IMG/VR virus record: IMGVR_UViG_3300022744_000022
Location: 144,487-208,486 of that record
DNA: 64,000 bases
Direction: 5' to 3' (one strand)
Numbering within the stretch: position 1 is the stretch's first letter; every line of letters starts with the position of its first letter. The notes under the pieces were generated by a model that was not told where the DNA came from, did not search any database, and was given only the letters and a program-made list of their open reading frames with translations. This document shows, piece after piece, positions 28,275 through 38,243 of this stretch. Made by a program: the position numbers and the translations under genes.

Positions 28275-28627
28275 GACGCAACCGCCCACTTGAGGTTGCT
28301 GAATCGAACCTCGATAGACGAGGTAAGGTGATGCCGCAACACCTTATCCTCACTGACCTGGAGTTCCCGGTTGGACATCTTCGATAGGTACTCGAAGATG
28401 TTACCGTCCTGATCAAGAAGCTTGAGCACCGTTCCAGGGTCGGGATCCGCAGGCAAGTCCACCGTGATCTCATCGTGCGTCATCATCACGATACGGGGCT
28501 CTTGGAGCGAGAACCCGAGCGGTGCAACAGGGGCCTTTGCGGAAATCTTGCGACGGGGCGCTTGGCCCACAACAAGGCCAACAGCCACTGCGCCCAAGGC
28601 GGTCAAGAATCGTCTTCGCGTGGTCAT
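28271..28627 (-). CDS. Protein with Tat-like signal peptide
   Basis: MTTRRRFLTALGAVAVGLVVG. Confidence 0.55.
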   Translation of the reverse strand: MTTRRRFLTALGAVAVGLVVGQAPRRKISAKAPVAPLGFSLQEPRIVMMTHDEITVDLPADPDPGTVLKLLDQDGNIFEYLSKMSNRELQVSEDKVLRHHLTSSIEVRFSNLKWAVAS

Positions 28628-29151
28628 AGGGTGTCCCTTTTCATGTCAGGCCCACGCGGGGTTTCGACTGCTTTCAACCACGGGGTAATGCACTGCCCCT
28701 CAGCAAGATCTTCTGTGTCTGGGGGGACCCAACAAGCCCAAAAGCTGTCTAGGGTAGCGGCACCGCCCACCCCCTCGGTGATGCAGCTCGTCTCCCACTC
28801 TTTACCGCAGCAGGCATACGCGAAGAGCGTTGTTCTTTGTTCCGCAGCTAGAATGCGAAGGGGGCGACACGGTTTTTGACAACTAGGGCAAAATCGACAG
28901 TATTGGTTCCAAGCACGACGTACATACAGGTAAGCACGTCGTAGGATCCCCCAGTTGTCCTCCATCCGTCCGATCGTTTGATTGCACCGGCCACAAAGCA
29001 AACCCCGCACCTGCCCCGTTTGATGATCGTGATCTACAGCGAGCGAACGGTTTTCAACCCGTTCTGGTTTCAAACAGATCCAACAGCGATCACCGCTGAT
29101 CTCAACCATTTGAGCACGATCATCCTTGGACACTTTAGCCTGTACCCTCAC
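28624..29151 (-). CDS. Endonuclease VII-family (His-Me) nuclease
   Basis: CWIC...LAVDHDHQTGQVRGLLCGRCNQTIG. Confidence 0.85.
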   Translation of the reverse strand: MRVQAKVSKDDRAQMVEISGDRCWICLKPERVENRSLAVDHDHQTGQVRGLLCGRCNQTIGRMEDNWGILRRAYLYVRRAWNQYCRFCPSCQKPCRPLRILAAEQRTTLFAYACCGKEWETSCITEGVGGAATLDSFWACWVPPDTEDLAEGQCITPWLKAVETPRGPDMKRDTL

Positions 29152-29957
29152 AGCGACACCTCGTGAAAGCCGTTGGGGAAGATCCGCTTAGGCTTGGATC
29201 CCTGACGAACCCAGAAGTCGCCGTTCGGTTGCTGTCCGTTGGGACGTAGCGCACTCAACCTCGGAACGATCAAGGGCAAGATAGTCGGGGGCAACGGTTG
29301 ACGCTGGCTCGGGGCTTGGTTCATCGGGCCCACAAGGTTCGACTCGAACTCGCCCGCTGGGTCGCCCCAGATCAACGTGTGGTCTACTCGAACATCACCG
29401 GGGACAGGCGGCCGACCATCATGGGCATCGACCGTCGGGAAGAACAACCACTTCGGGAACCGGGGCCGGTACCACCAAAGCAAGGGTTCAGCCTTGATCG
29501 TGCCCGACCAGCAGCACACCGCGATGGGCCACCCCGGGTAAAGCTTCTGGTACTCCGTGAAGAAGCCGGGGGCCACCGTCGGGCGCTTGTGCTCCGCCAC
29601 GTACCCGAGGGCCTGCGGGATCGCTTCAGCGTCGGTCGCGAGCACCACTGTGTACGAACCTGAATCGAAGATCTGGACCCCAGCCCCAATGAGCGGGCCA
29701 CCCTTGGTCATCGACCGGGACCGCATCCGGCACATCATGTCCATGTCTTCGAGAAGCCAAGGGGTCGCCCGAGTGTCCACGAGGTTGTGGGGCCCCATGG
29801 CCTCAAGAGTCGGGATCGGGAGGATCATCGCGTTGGGTCCGCGAGAGTTGGCCCGGTTCTGGTACCCGAGCACATGGGCCTCAGCCCCCTCGTGCTGGAC
29901 AGAGGCCGTGTAGATGATGGTGCCGGAGAGGGTGGCTTGGCCGAGCGTGACGCACAT
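29148..29957 (-). CDS. Hypothetical protein
   Basis: 269-aa ORF; GGTGTA 10 nt before ATG. Confidence 0.7.
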   Translation of the reverse strand: MCVTLGQATLSGTIIYTASVQHEGAEAHVLGYQNRANSRGPNAMILPIPTLEAMGPHNLVDTRATPWLLEDMDMMCRMRSRSMTKGGPLIGAGVQIFDSGSYTVVLATDAEAIPQALGYVAEHKRPTVAPGFFTEYQKLYPGWPIAVCCWSGTIKAEPLLWWYRPRFPKWLFFPTVDAHDGRPPVPGDVRVDHTLIWGDPAGEFESNLVGPMNQAPSQRQPLPPTILPLIVPRLSALRPNGQQPNGDFWVRQGSKPKRIFPNGFHEVSL

Positions 29958-30047
29958 GGCTCTTATCTACACCGGCTGGCTCTGTTGAAAAAGGCTCTTG
30001 ACGCCCCACTAGGTCTTCTGTCAGTCTCCTGCCTGTAGTGGGCTCAG

Positions 30048-30166
30048 TGGCTGCTGGCCCGGTACGCAACGAAAAGTGGTCTCCGTTCGGCCTCCCGAAC
30101 TGGATCTGACCGCTCGCCCTGTCGTGCGTCCTGAAACTGCCGGTGAACCCGGCTTGCCAGTAGCCA
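30048..30166 (+). ncRNA. Candidate structured RNA / 5' leader of rtcB
   Basis: Nested stems TGGCTGCTGGC/GCCAGTAGCCA, CCGGTA/TGCCGG, GTGGTC/GACCGC, GTTCGG/CCGAAC. Confidence 0.45.
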
Positions 30167-30169
30167 AAA

Positions 30170-31588
30170 ATGTCCAAGACCCTTGGGGCCCTGCGTGCCC
30201 TGTTGCGTGAGGGGTTGTCCGTCGAACAAGACGGCAACCTCGTGTGTGTTCGGCCTCTAAACCACCCTGACGGCCTCCCGGCGGAAGTGCTGCTTCCCCG
30301 GGATCACCCGCTCGAACCGAAGGCTCTCAAACAGCTCTCGGATTTCGCACAGGTGCGTCACCCGGCAGGCGGGGAGGTCCTGCAAGCGTTCGCCACCCCG
30401 GACTTCCACCCGGGATCCGTGGTGCCGATCGGGTGCGTCTTGGCCACCAGCCAAGACATCGTGATCCCCGATGCCATTGGGACCGATATCAACTGCGGAA
30501 TGCGTATGCATATTGCGGACTTGACGGTCGATCAGCTCATGGCCAAAAAGCCCGAGTGGCTCAAGGCCATGAAGGGCGACCTGTTGATGAGCACTCGGGA
30601 CCTTCCGATGTCGGTGGCTCAGATCAGGGCGATGTTCCGCACAGGACCGTTTGGGTGGCTCGAAGAAGTCGGGAAGCGGCCCTTGGGTATGCTGGGGCGC
30701 TCGGACCTCAGGCAGCTCCAGGGGGAGCTAGACCAGAGCTTCGGGCTCGGGAGCCTCGATGGGGATGACCGTTACGCCCCACAGGAAATGATGCCGGAGG
30801 ACCGGGACACCATCCGGGACTGCTTCATCGGCACCATTGGGGGCGGCAACCACTTCGTGGAACTCCAGGTTGTCGAGGAGATCTTGGACAAGGGTTGGGC
30901 GTTCCGGTGGGGGATCAGGAAGAACCAGATCGCCGTGATGGCCCACTCAGGGTCCCGTCGAGTTGGCATCATCGTGGGGCAGTCCTGGATGCAGCATGCC
31001 CGGGAGCGGTGGCCCCAAGGAGTCCCGCACCCTGAGAACGACATCTTCGCCCTGCACGGCAAGGATGCCTTGGCCTACGTGACCGCGATGAACACGGCAG
31101 CCAATTACGCGGCGGTGAACCGGCTCTTGCTTGTGGAGATGGTCCGGGACCGGCTCCGCCAGAGCTTCCCCGGGCTTGAGCTACCGCTGGTGTTCGACGC
31201 CCCGCACAACATCGTGACCCAAGAGAACGGGTTCATGATCCACCGGAAGGGCGCTACGCCTGCCCACCTGAATCAGCCGGTCCTGATCCCGGGCTCCATG
31301 GGACAACCGAGCTTCTTGATGGTCGGGCACGGCAACCAACGCTTTCTACAGTCAGCCTCGCACGGGGCGGGTCGGAAACTGTCCAGGCGAGACATGCACC
31401 GGCTCGACAAGCAAGGCCTGGACCTTGGGCTCGATGCCGTGGAGTGCATCACGCTCAAGAATGAGCGGCTCGTGCAAGAAGCGCCCGCTGCCTACAAGGA
31501 CATCGGTCCCGTGGTGCAGGTGCAGGCTGAGGCGGGGATTGCTTCGCCGGTAGCGAGGATGCGGCCGTTGCTGACGTTCAAGGGGTAA
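30170..31588 (+). CDS. rtcB: RtcB family 3'-5' RNA ligase
   Basis: PDFHPG, GTDINCG, GTIGGGNHF, HSGSR, HN, HRKGA, PGSMG, SHGAGR, EAPAAYK. Confidence 0.95.
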   Translation: MSKTLGALRALLREGLSVEQDGNLVCVRPLNHPDGLPAEVLLPRDHPLEPKALKQLSDFAQVRHPAGGEVLQAFATPDFHPGSVVPIGCVLATSQDIVIPDAIGTDINCGMRMHIADLTVDQLMAKKPEWLKAMKGDLLMSTRDLPMSVAQIRAMFRTGPFGWLEEVGKRPLGMLGRSDLRQLQGELDQSFGLGSLDGDDRYAPQEMMPEDRDTIRDCFIGTIGGGNHFVELQVVEEILDKGWAFRWGIRKNQIAVMAHSGSRRVGIIVGQSWMQHARERWPQGVPHPENDIFALHGKDALAYVTAMNTAANYAAVNRLLLVEMVRDRLRQSFPGLELPLVFDAPHNIVTQENGFMIHRKGATPAHLNQPVLIPGSMGQPSFLMVGHGNQRFLQSASHGAGRKLSRRDMHRLDKQGLDLGLDAVECITLKNERLVQEAPAAYKDIGPVVQVQAEAGIASPVARMRPLLTFKG

Positions 31589-31592
31589 GCAC

Positions 31593-31814
31593 ATGAACTG
31601 CATTGTTAAATGGACTGGCTGGGTCATGAACGAAGAAAAACGGTGGCTTCGTGTTGAGTACCGCCACACGCAAGTGAGCGTACGCTTGGTGTCGCAACAG
31701 GAGGCCACCGTCTTTCCCATGCGCCGCGATGCTACGGCATTCTGCAAAAAGCACATACGCAAAGGGCGGTTCGGCGGTGATCTCAAGGGGCTAGAGTTTC
31801 TCCCGGCCGGGTGA
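31593..31814 (+). CDS. Hypothetical protein
   Basis: 73-aa ORF. Confidence 0.45.
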   Translation: MNCIVKWTGWVMNEEKRWLRVEYRHTQVSVRLVSQQEATVFPMRRDATAFCKKHIRKGRFGGDLKGLEFLPAG

Positions 31815-31855
31815 TCGGGATTGCTTCTATCGGGAACCCTCAGTGGAGGTCCCCG

Positions 31856-32041
31856 ATGGTGAACCTGTTCAACTTCAACCCCGCTCAACCCGCGACCCCG
31901 CCATCTGCGCCCCAACCCGCAGCCCCTGGGGACACGCCCCCACTCATGGCTCAGGACGAGAACGGGAAGTGGAAGTTCCACCGTAACCCTGTGAGCGCTT
32001 TGTTCTGGGATCGCCTCCCCGCCTCTTTGAAACACGAGTGA
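31856..32041 (+). CDS. Small Pro-rich hypothetical protein
   Basis: GGAGG SD before ATG 31856. Confidence 0.5.
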   Translation: MVNLFNFNPAQPATPPSAPQPAAPGDTPPLMAQDENGKWKFHRNPVSALFWDRLPASLKHE

Positions 32042-32084
32042 ATCTCGCCAGACAGCAGCAGCGCCTTACGCCGGAGAAAGCCTC

Positions 32085-34019
32085 ATGGGACTTAAAAAGT
32101 ACGTTGTTGAGAACCTGATCAGCAACACCACGGAATTTCACCTCTACATCCATGAGGCACACGCTAACGCGAGTGACAGCAACTCAGGTCTAGATCCTAA
32201 CTTCCCGTTAGCCTCCTGGGCGGCGGCAGAAGCCAAGACCCCGCTCGACACCAAAGCCCATTTGTTCTGGCACATGGGCCCCCACTCGGGAAGCGGCTAC
32301 ACCCTGACCCCGTGCCGACAGCGCATCCTACGCAACTGCAACTGGTACATCCTGGGTGACGGCGGCGGAAACGATGCACTGGCCCGTAACGTCTTGACCA
32401 GCGGCTCCGTAGCCAGTTCGGCAGACAATGCAATCTTCATCCCCGTCAGTGTTCCGGCGGCCCACGCTTGGAAGGGTAAGTCGCTGCGTTGGACCTCAGG
32501 CGCTAACTCGGGGGCCGGGTTCGATCAAGAACTGCGAACCATCACATCACAGACGGGTGGCATCATTTTGGCCAACCCGGTCGCGAATACGATCCAACCG
32601 GGCGACACCTTCGAGGTCTTCATCGGGACCACGAACCTGTTGCTGCTCGATAGTAGCGCAAACCCGCCGAGCGCCGACCTAGAACCTATATTCAACGCAA
32701 CAGGGCTCATCCCGTCTCAAGCTCCCCGAGATATCAGTGCCCCGCCAACCCCCAACTACGTTTCGCAAGACAACTCTACGGGACGTATCGTTCTAGTGAA
32801 CGTCAATTTGCTGGGCACCCTGGCGCTACCCAGCTCGCACTTCTTGGTCATCCGCGAGAGCGCTCTTGTCATGTACGGCGTCACCAACATGACAGGGCTT
32901 GGGGACGATACTGGAGGTTCGTACCAAGGCTTCTATCAAGGGGCGGACATCTTGATGGGGTACGATACGGTGCTCACTTACGTCGGAGCAACATTCTCCG
33001 CCAAAAACGGACCCTTTACAGGTTTGGCCTCAACGGACTCACAGTGGGTGGGCTGGGGACGTGGCCACGGTCACGGAAATCAAGCGGTCAGCCAAGATAC
33101 CCCTTTCCTACTGTGTCTCGGTGGAAACCACCGGGGCTTCGTATCCTCACCTTCCTTTGTCATCACCAACGGTAGATTGGGTCTCTATGGGAACTCGATC
33201 GTTGAGCCCGGAAGCATCATGGGCTTTGGGGTATCCGGTTTGGGTGGGGTGCTTGAACTCGGCCTGTTTGCCGGAGGGATTTGGGACTACACAACGATCA
33301 CTGGCGACGGCCCCTTGGCGTTGGACCTCAGCTCTGCTGTTAACGCAGGGTTTGATTTGGTGAGCAACTTATCTGGTTCCCCTGCGTTGGAGCTGGGAAG
33401 TGGGAGCCACGTCCTTTGGTTGGGAGGCGACATCACTTGTACCCCCGCCACGGCCAACACCGAAGTAGTGCGCCTCTTAGAGGGGTCGAGCTTCACCACT
33501 AGCGCCAATCTTAGCATCACCGACGGTAATGGAGCGCAAGACGTGATGACCATCGGGGGTATCACCAGGTTGACTCAAATCCCGGGCATAAATTATGCCG
33601 ATGCAGGGTGCAGGTGGACCACAGAAGTGGGTACACCTGCTGGGGGTACAATCGCGGACTACTCAGACTCCCGTACCGTCCAGACCACGGACGCCACGGT
33701 CACCACTATCCTGACCTACACAACCCGTTCAGATCTCAGCGTGATCTCAATTCACGCAACCGTCTGGGGCATCGCAACTGGAACAGGGGACGCCGCCAAG
33801 TACGTGATCGAAGCCACGTTCTACCGCGATGGGTCCAGTGTGGTAACCCAGAAAAACGTGGCCTTCCTCTCGACCTACGAATCGCAAGCCGCTTGGAACG
33901 CGAGTTTCACCATCTCGGGGCAAGACATTTGGATGCAAGTGCAAGGCGACGTTGGAACAGTCGTTGACTGGCGCTGCAAAGCCACCATCGATGAGAGCGT
34001 CGGCACGGGTGGTGCCTAA
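32085..34019 (+). CDS. Probable virion structural / tail-associated protein
   Basis: 644 aa, Gly/Ser/Thr-rich beta-type composition; C-terminal TVQTTDATVTT domain. Confidence 0.55.
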   Translation: MGLKKYVVENLISNTTEFHLYIHEAHANASDSNSGLDPNFPLASWAAAEAKTPLDTKAHLFWHMGPHSGSGYTLTPCRQRILRNCNWYILGDGGGNDALARNVLTSGSVASSADNAIFIPVSVPAAHAWKGKSLRWTSGANSGAGFDQELRTITSQTGGIILANPVANTIQPGDTFEVFIGTTNLLLLDSSANPPSADLEPIFNATGLIPSQAPRDISAPPTPNYVSQDNSTGRIVLVNVNLLGTLALPSSHFLVIRESALVMYGVTNMTGLGDDTGGSYQGFYQGADILMGYDTVLTYVGATFSAKNGPFTGLASTDSQWVGWGRGHGHGNQAVSQDTPFLLCLGGNHRGFVSSPSFVITNGRLGLYGNSIVEPGSIMGFGVSGLGGVLELGLFAGGIWDYTTITGDGPLALDLSSAVNAGFDLVSNLSGSPALELGSGSHVLWLGGDITCTPATANTEVVRLLEGSSFTTSANLSITDGNGAQDVMTIGGITRLTQIPGINYADAGCRWTTEVGTPAGGTIADYSDSRTVQTTDATVTTILTYTTRSDLSVISIHATVWGIATGTGDAAKYVIEATFYRDGSSVVTQKNVAFLSTYESQAAWNASFTISGQDIWMQVQGDVGTVVDWRCKATIDESVGTGGA

Positions 34020-34381
34020 TGCAGTAGGCGCTGGACCTCGGTGAAACGCACCGTACCCTCGTGGGTACGGTGCAGGTCCAGGATCACTTTCACGTTGGGC
34101 CGTTCGTAGATAGAAGCGAGGAACGTGGCCTCGTCTTGGATCTGCTTGATCGTCTCCCACGTAATGTTCCCCGCCTCCAGCACTTCCCTGAGCTTCTCAG
34201 CGGATGAAAAGCACGGGAGGTACAGGTCAGGGCTACCCGGCAGCTTGAGAAAAACGGGCTCTGTCCCGGCCCAAGGAAAGACAGCGCCCGTAAGTGTGAT
34301 AACACTGGGCTCTCTACCTGTGGGCTGTGGGCCATCGCCTTCGTTCACACTTGCCGCCTTCTCGTGATAGCCGTGGATCAA
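34016..34381 (-). CDS. Hypothetical protein (start uncertain)
   Basis: ORF; LYLPCFSSAEKL. Confidence 0.45.
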   Translation of the reverse strand: MIHGYHEKAASVNEGDGPQPTGREPSVITLTGAVFPWAGTEPVFLKLPGSPDLYLPCFSSAEKLREVLEAGNITWETIKQIQDEATFLASIYERPNVKVILDLHRTHEGTVRFTEVQRLLH

Positions 34382-34545
34382 AAAGTTCGCGATCGTAAGA
34401 CGCTATATCGTAAAGCCCGCTCATGGGCGCGTCACCATAAAAGCGCTGCAAGCTTCGAGGATTTCATCCGCAGCCGCTGGCCCACAGTAATCGAACGGCT
34501 TGGCGAGGTTGAGTTCCAGCACCTGATCGCCTACGTGTGGAAGCT

Positions 34546-34941
34546 CTAACGTTTGGGGAGCGCTGCAACAAGAACCCGAAGGGCCTCACGGGCCCGCTTC
34601 CCGGGCTTGAGCCCCAGCTCGGTATCCTCGAAGTCTTCGATGAACTCCCCGCAAGGACGATCTGGGAAGAACCCGATCGCCACATAGGACTCGGGATCCG
34701 CGTAGAACTGAACCGCGTGGATCAGGAGCCCTTGTTGATCCGCCACGATCGTGTGGACCAACGCTGCATCGAGCGCCCTGATTTCGCTCAACAGGCCTTT
34801 GCACAAGGTTCTGAGCCCGCTGGTCCGAACCCCTGCGGTCCTCAGCCCTAAAGCGTCCTGGAGGGCCTTGTACCGTTGATCACGCAACGCCTGAAGCACC
34901 TGAACGTGCTTCGATTGCGGACCGGCAGTCGTGTCCCCCAT
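34546..34941 (-). CDS. Hypothetical protein
   Basis: GAGG SD before ATG 34941. Confidence 0.55.
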   Translation of the reverse strand: MGDTTAGPQSKHVQVLQALRDQRYKALQDALGLRTAGVRTSGLRTLCKGLLSEIRALDAALVHTIVADQQGLLIHAVQFYADPESYVAIGFFPDRPCGEFIEDFEDTELGLKPGKRAREALRVLVAALPKR

Positions 34942-34954
34942 GGCGGTACCTCGC

Positions 34955-35245
34955 TTATGCTTTTGGAATGAAGCTTTCCACGTCAAGCATTTGGATGTCT
35001 TCCACTGAGGCCAAACCGAGCTGAACCAGTGAGCCTTCGATGAACCCAAGCCAACGTGCGGCTCGCTCCAAACGACCTTGCTCCAGCACGCTTCGCGTTT
35101 CAGCGATCATCCACCGCAGGTGGCTCGCTTCTCCCAAGATAGGGATCACGGCATCGGGCTTCCGAGAAACAGTGGCGCTAGGGAACGTCGCGATTAACCG
35201 CGAGTCGTAGTGGTCCAGAAGGCGGCGGATGTGAGGGGCGTTCAT
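34955..35245 (-). CDS. Hypothetical protein, paralog of 57788-58051
   Basis: HLRWM...RAARWLGFIEGSL. Confidence 0.65.
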   Translation of the reverse strand: MNAPHIRRLLDHYDSRLIATFPSATVSRKPDAVIPILGEASHLRWMIAETRSVLEQGRLERAARWLGFIEGSLVQLGLASVEDIQMLDVESFIPKA

Positions 35246-35446
35246 GGTTTGCCCTTACACCGTCGCAGCCACTGATCGACCCAGAGTGTCCACCGTGTCA
35301 GGCGCGAGAGATCCCCGTGGGCTTGCAGCCACTTGGCATTCTCGACGTGGTACACCCACACCCAGGGCAACCAGATCGTGAAGAAAAAAGCCACGACGCC
35401 CAGGCAACCAAGCAGGATAAGGGCACCGCCGAACGCTTCCATCAAC

Positions 35447-35632
35447 TTAGCTCTGTCCACCGGCGGCCCTCCAGGCATCCCGAGCCATCGCGACGAAGCC
35501 TTCGGCAGTGATGTCCGCTTCGGTTTCAGCGAACCGGACGATACCGCGAAGCGCTTCAAGGACTGCCTCAGCAGGCGGGCATTCCGAATTGAGCAACGCG
35601 GCCTCGACCTCTTGGTACACGGGATGCGCCAT
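35447..35632 (-). CDS. Small hypothetical protein
   Basis: GGTGTA 9 nt before ATG 35632. Confidence 0.55.
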   Translation of the reverse strand: MAHPVYQEVEAALLNSECPPAEAVLEALRGIVRFAETEADITAEGFVAMARDAWRAAGGQS

Positions 35633-35656
35633 CCCCTGCACTACACCAACCCGTAA

Positions 35657-36202
35657 TCAGTCCCCGCTGGATCCGCCACTGCCCCCGTCGTAACCCCCAC
35701 CGCCGCTATCGTGAGACGAATAGGACGACGAATCGTGGGAGTGGCTTGGGGTGTCGTGGTGATAGGACGGTTCATGATGATGCACCGCCGGAGTATGCGG
35801 CGCAGGCTCGTAATGGTGGTGCGTCGCGACAGGGTGCTGCCGCACAGGTTCAGGGTCGTTAGAGAAGGCACTGAGGGGCACCAAATCCACCGCATCGGGC
35901 AGCGAATAGGGCAACGGATCCTCGACTGGTTGTGCCAGAGGCCGCGCCGACGAGTACAAGGGCTTTGAGGGTCTCGCCCTCTGTACACTCAAAGCTAGCG
36001 TAAGAGCTTGCGGAGTCCCCGAAGGCCGAACTGCGAAAGAGCTGCCCTGATCTTCGTCCTGATCCTCGTCCCCCTCCGCAGGATCTTCCGTGAAGGGTTG
36101 CTCAAGGTTGCGTCGGCGAGTCCGCTGATACAGCGCAAACCCGCCAAAGATTACGGTCACTAGAGTTACGAGTAGAACGACGTTTTCCATCAAGCCCCTC
36201 AA
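35657..36202 (-). CDS. Membrane-anchored protein with His/Ser/Gly-rich tail
   Basis: N-terminal TM; HHHEPSYHHD...SGGGGYDGGSGG. Confidence 0.6.
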   Translation of the reverse strand: MRGLMENVVLLVTLVTVIFGGFALYQRTRRRNLEQPFTEDPAEGDEDQDEDQGSSFAVRPSGTPQALTLALSVQRARPSKPLYSSARPLAQPVEDPLPYSLPDAVDLVPLSAFSNDPEPVRQHPVATHHHYEPAPHTPAVHHHEPSYHHDTPSHSHDSSSYSSHDSGGGGYDGGSGGSSGD

Positions 36203-36384
36203 TCAAGATCAATGTCGATATCTGAGACTGCATCCGCGACGGCTTCGATTACAGCCACCGCACCATCCGCCACAACGTCCGCCCCCAGGTCAGCGGCCAC
36301 GGAATTCTTGGACGAACGCCTGGTACTGGCGATCAAGATCCAGGTCACTACGCCAATGCCGAGAAGCCACCACACCCACGCCAT
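36199..36384 (-). CDS. Small membrane protein
   Basis: N-terminal TM, acidic tail. Confidence 0.55.
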   Translation of the reverse strand: MAWVWWLLGIGVVTWILIASTRRSSKNSVAADLGADVVADGAVAVIEAVADAVSDIDIDLD

Positions 36385-36393
36385 AGCCTAACC

Positions 36394-37083
36394 TCAACGT
36401 TGCAAGAACGGTTGCAGTGCTGCGAGGCGCTGGAACATCTCAGCCTCACGTTTCTCAATCCCATGGTAGTGCTCACGCCACTTCTTGGACAGAGCCTCAT
36501 ACAGCTCTTGGTCACGAGCATCGCCAGCCTTCCGCATCTCGGCGGACATCAAGTTGTCAGCCTCGTGCTCAGCTTTCCGCTCTACCGTCCAGTAGCGATA
36601 GAGCGCTTGAGCTTCATCGTAACGAGCCTTGTCCTCTGCGTACCAGGGCTCCGCCTTATCCTCATCGGTGAAACCCCTGAGTGCCGGATCCTTGGGCTTT
36701 TCCTGCTCGATGTAGAGCATGAGCGCTTTCCAGGATGCGAGCCACATGACAGCGGAAGGGAGCAAGTGATCGTACTCGTACGGCCACAGGTTATCCACAC
36801 CCCTCAGGTCCACCAAATGGTCCCGGTAGATCCAACGCGACTTGAACCGACGAAACCGATGCCCCGCGAAGCTGGCTTGAAGGGAGAGCCACTTCCCGAC
36901 TCGCTCAGACAGGAAGTAACGGACCGGGTACTCTCGCTTCACCCGTTCATCCCAGTCTTCCCACGTCGGACCTTCTTGGAACGGCGTCAGTCTGCGACAC
37001 CCGAGGGCGTCACAATCGGACATCCCGAGCGCTTGAGGGCCCGGGACTTCGAGCAGCTTGCGAATCTTGAGGCGAAGACTCAT
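36394..37083 (-). CDS. Hypothetical protein
   Basis: Start moved to ATG 37083 (GGTGTA 11 nt upstream), which removes the overlap with the HD gene. Confidence 0.65.
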   Translation of the reverse strand: MSLRLKIRKLLEVPGPQALGMSDCDALGCRRLTPFQEGPTWEDWDERVKREYPVRYFLSERVGKWLSLQASFAGHRFRRFKSRWIYRDHLVDLRGVDNLWPYEYDHLLPSAVMWLASWKALMLYIEQEKPKDPALRGFTDEDKAEPWYAEDKARYDEAQALYRYWTVERKAEHEADNLMSAEMRKAGDARDQELYEALSKKWREHYHGIEKREAEMFQRLAALQPFLQR

Positions 37084-37094
37084 TGGCCCCTTTG

Positions 37095-37131
37095 TACACC
37101 GAAAGCTAGAAGTTTTCTGCCAGTTGGTGTA
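37095..37131. promoter_or_regulatory. Back-to-back divergent GGTGTA elements
   Basis: TACACC 37095-37100; CTAGAAGT-N12-GGTGTA 37106-37131. Confidence 0.6.
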
Positions 37132-37145
37132 ATGTTTATTCAGCC

Positions 37146-37922
37146 ATGACTTTGACTCGCCACGACTGGGACATGCTCTTGATTGCTCAAGATGCCGACG
37201 TGCGTCTTGAGGCGATTCAGCAAGAGGGCCTTCTCCAGGCCACATTCCCGGCATTACAGACTCTTGTGGGCTTTGGGGGCCAGGATTCCGGGCATAAAGA
37301 CCTCTGGGCACACACCAAGCAAGTGGTGATCCAAACGGTCCCTCAGGTGTTGTGTCGGTGGGCAGCCCTGTTTCACGATGTAGGGAAGCCACAGTCGTTC
37401 ACTCGCGTGGACGGTAAGATCGCCTTCCACCATCACGAGGAAACGTCGGCTCGCATTTTCAAGCGGGTTGCACGTGAAACCGCGCTATTTCAGCCCGGAG
37501 AGCTTGACGAGATCACGTTCGTGATCCGGCATTTGGGGCATGTAGAGGCCTACGAGTCTGATTGGACCGATTCGGCGATCCGGCGGCTCACCCGCGAACT
37601 CGGTACCCACCTTGATTCTGTGTTTGCGGTGGCAAGGGCGGACTGCACAACTGCCCGACCTGAGAAGCGGCAACGGCAGCTCAAGCGAGTTCACGAGCTT
37701 CGGACGCGCATCGACACTCTTGCGGCCTTGGACGCAGTGCCACCGGCGCTCCCCACGGGGCTTGGGGACGTGCTGATGCAGCGGTTGGGCATGCAGCCCG
37801 GCCCCGAGTTTGGAGCCGTCATGCGGGGGCTCAAGGCCCGTGTCGAGGCTGGGGAACTGCCCCGCAACGCGGACTTTGAAGTTTACCTCGCGACCTTGGA
37901 CAAGCAACGTGGCGGACTCTAG
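37146..37922 (+). CDS. HD-domain protein resembling the C-terminal half of multifunctional CCA-adding enzymes
   Basis: FPAL..L.G..Q...HKDLWAHT, WAALFHDVGKP, FHHHE..SA, ADCT, TG..LM..LG..PGP.FG. Confidence 0.8.
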   Translation: MTLTRHDWDMLLIAQDADVRLEAIQQEGLLQATFPALQTLVGFGGQDSGHKDLWAHTKQVVIQTVPQVLCRWAALFHDVGKPQSFTRVDGKIAFHHHEETSARIFKRVARETALFQPGELDEITFVIRHLGHVEAYESDWTDSAIRRLTRELGTHLDSVFAVARADCTTARPEKRQRQLKRVHELRTRIDTLAALDAVPPALPTGLGDVLMQRLGMQPGPEFGAVMRGLKARVEAGELPRNADFEVYLATLDKQRGGL

Positions 37923-38243
37923 GCACTGGCGTCGTATTGGACGCAACCTGATCTTCCGCGTGATCCTTGATCGACGGGACTTCGCGTGGGAGTCCCGCAT
38001 GACTGTCCGGGGCTGGCTCCGCACGTGGGCGGCCCCGGACATCACGCTCTTGGGCTGGCCCGGGAAACGGTTCTGGCACGCCCACCTACGGTACCGGCTT
38101 CTCTACGGTGATGCAGATTGGCAGCACCACCGAGAGTACGCTCAGAAGCGTCACGCCGAGTGGGTTCAGAAGGCCAAGCCTCTGGAGCTACGGCGCAACG
38201 GCCTGGGATCGCTCTACGTGCATGCCCCTCAAGACGACGCCCG

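Noticed and set aside
30170-31588. Intein or intron in rtcB
   Set aside because: Normal length, with all motifs contiguous.
31856-32041. LFWDRL as another copy of the C-terminal tag
   Set aside because: Register differs and there is no acidic tail; too weak to count.
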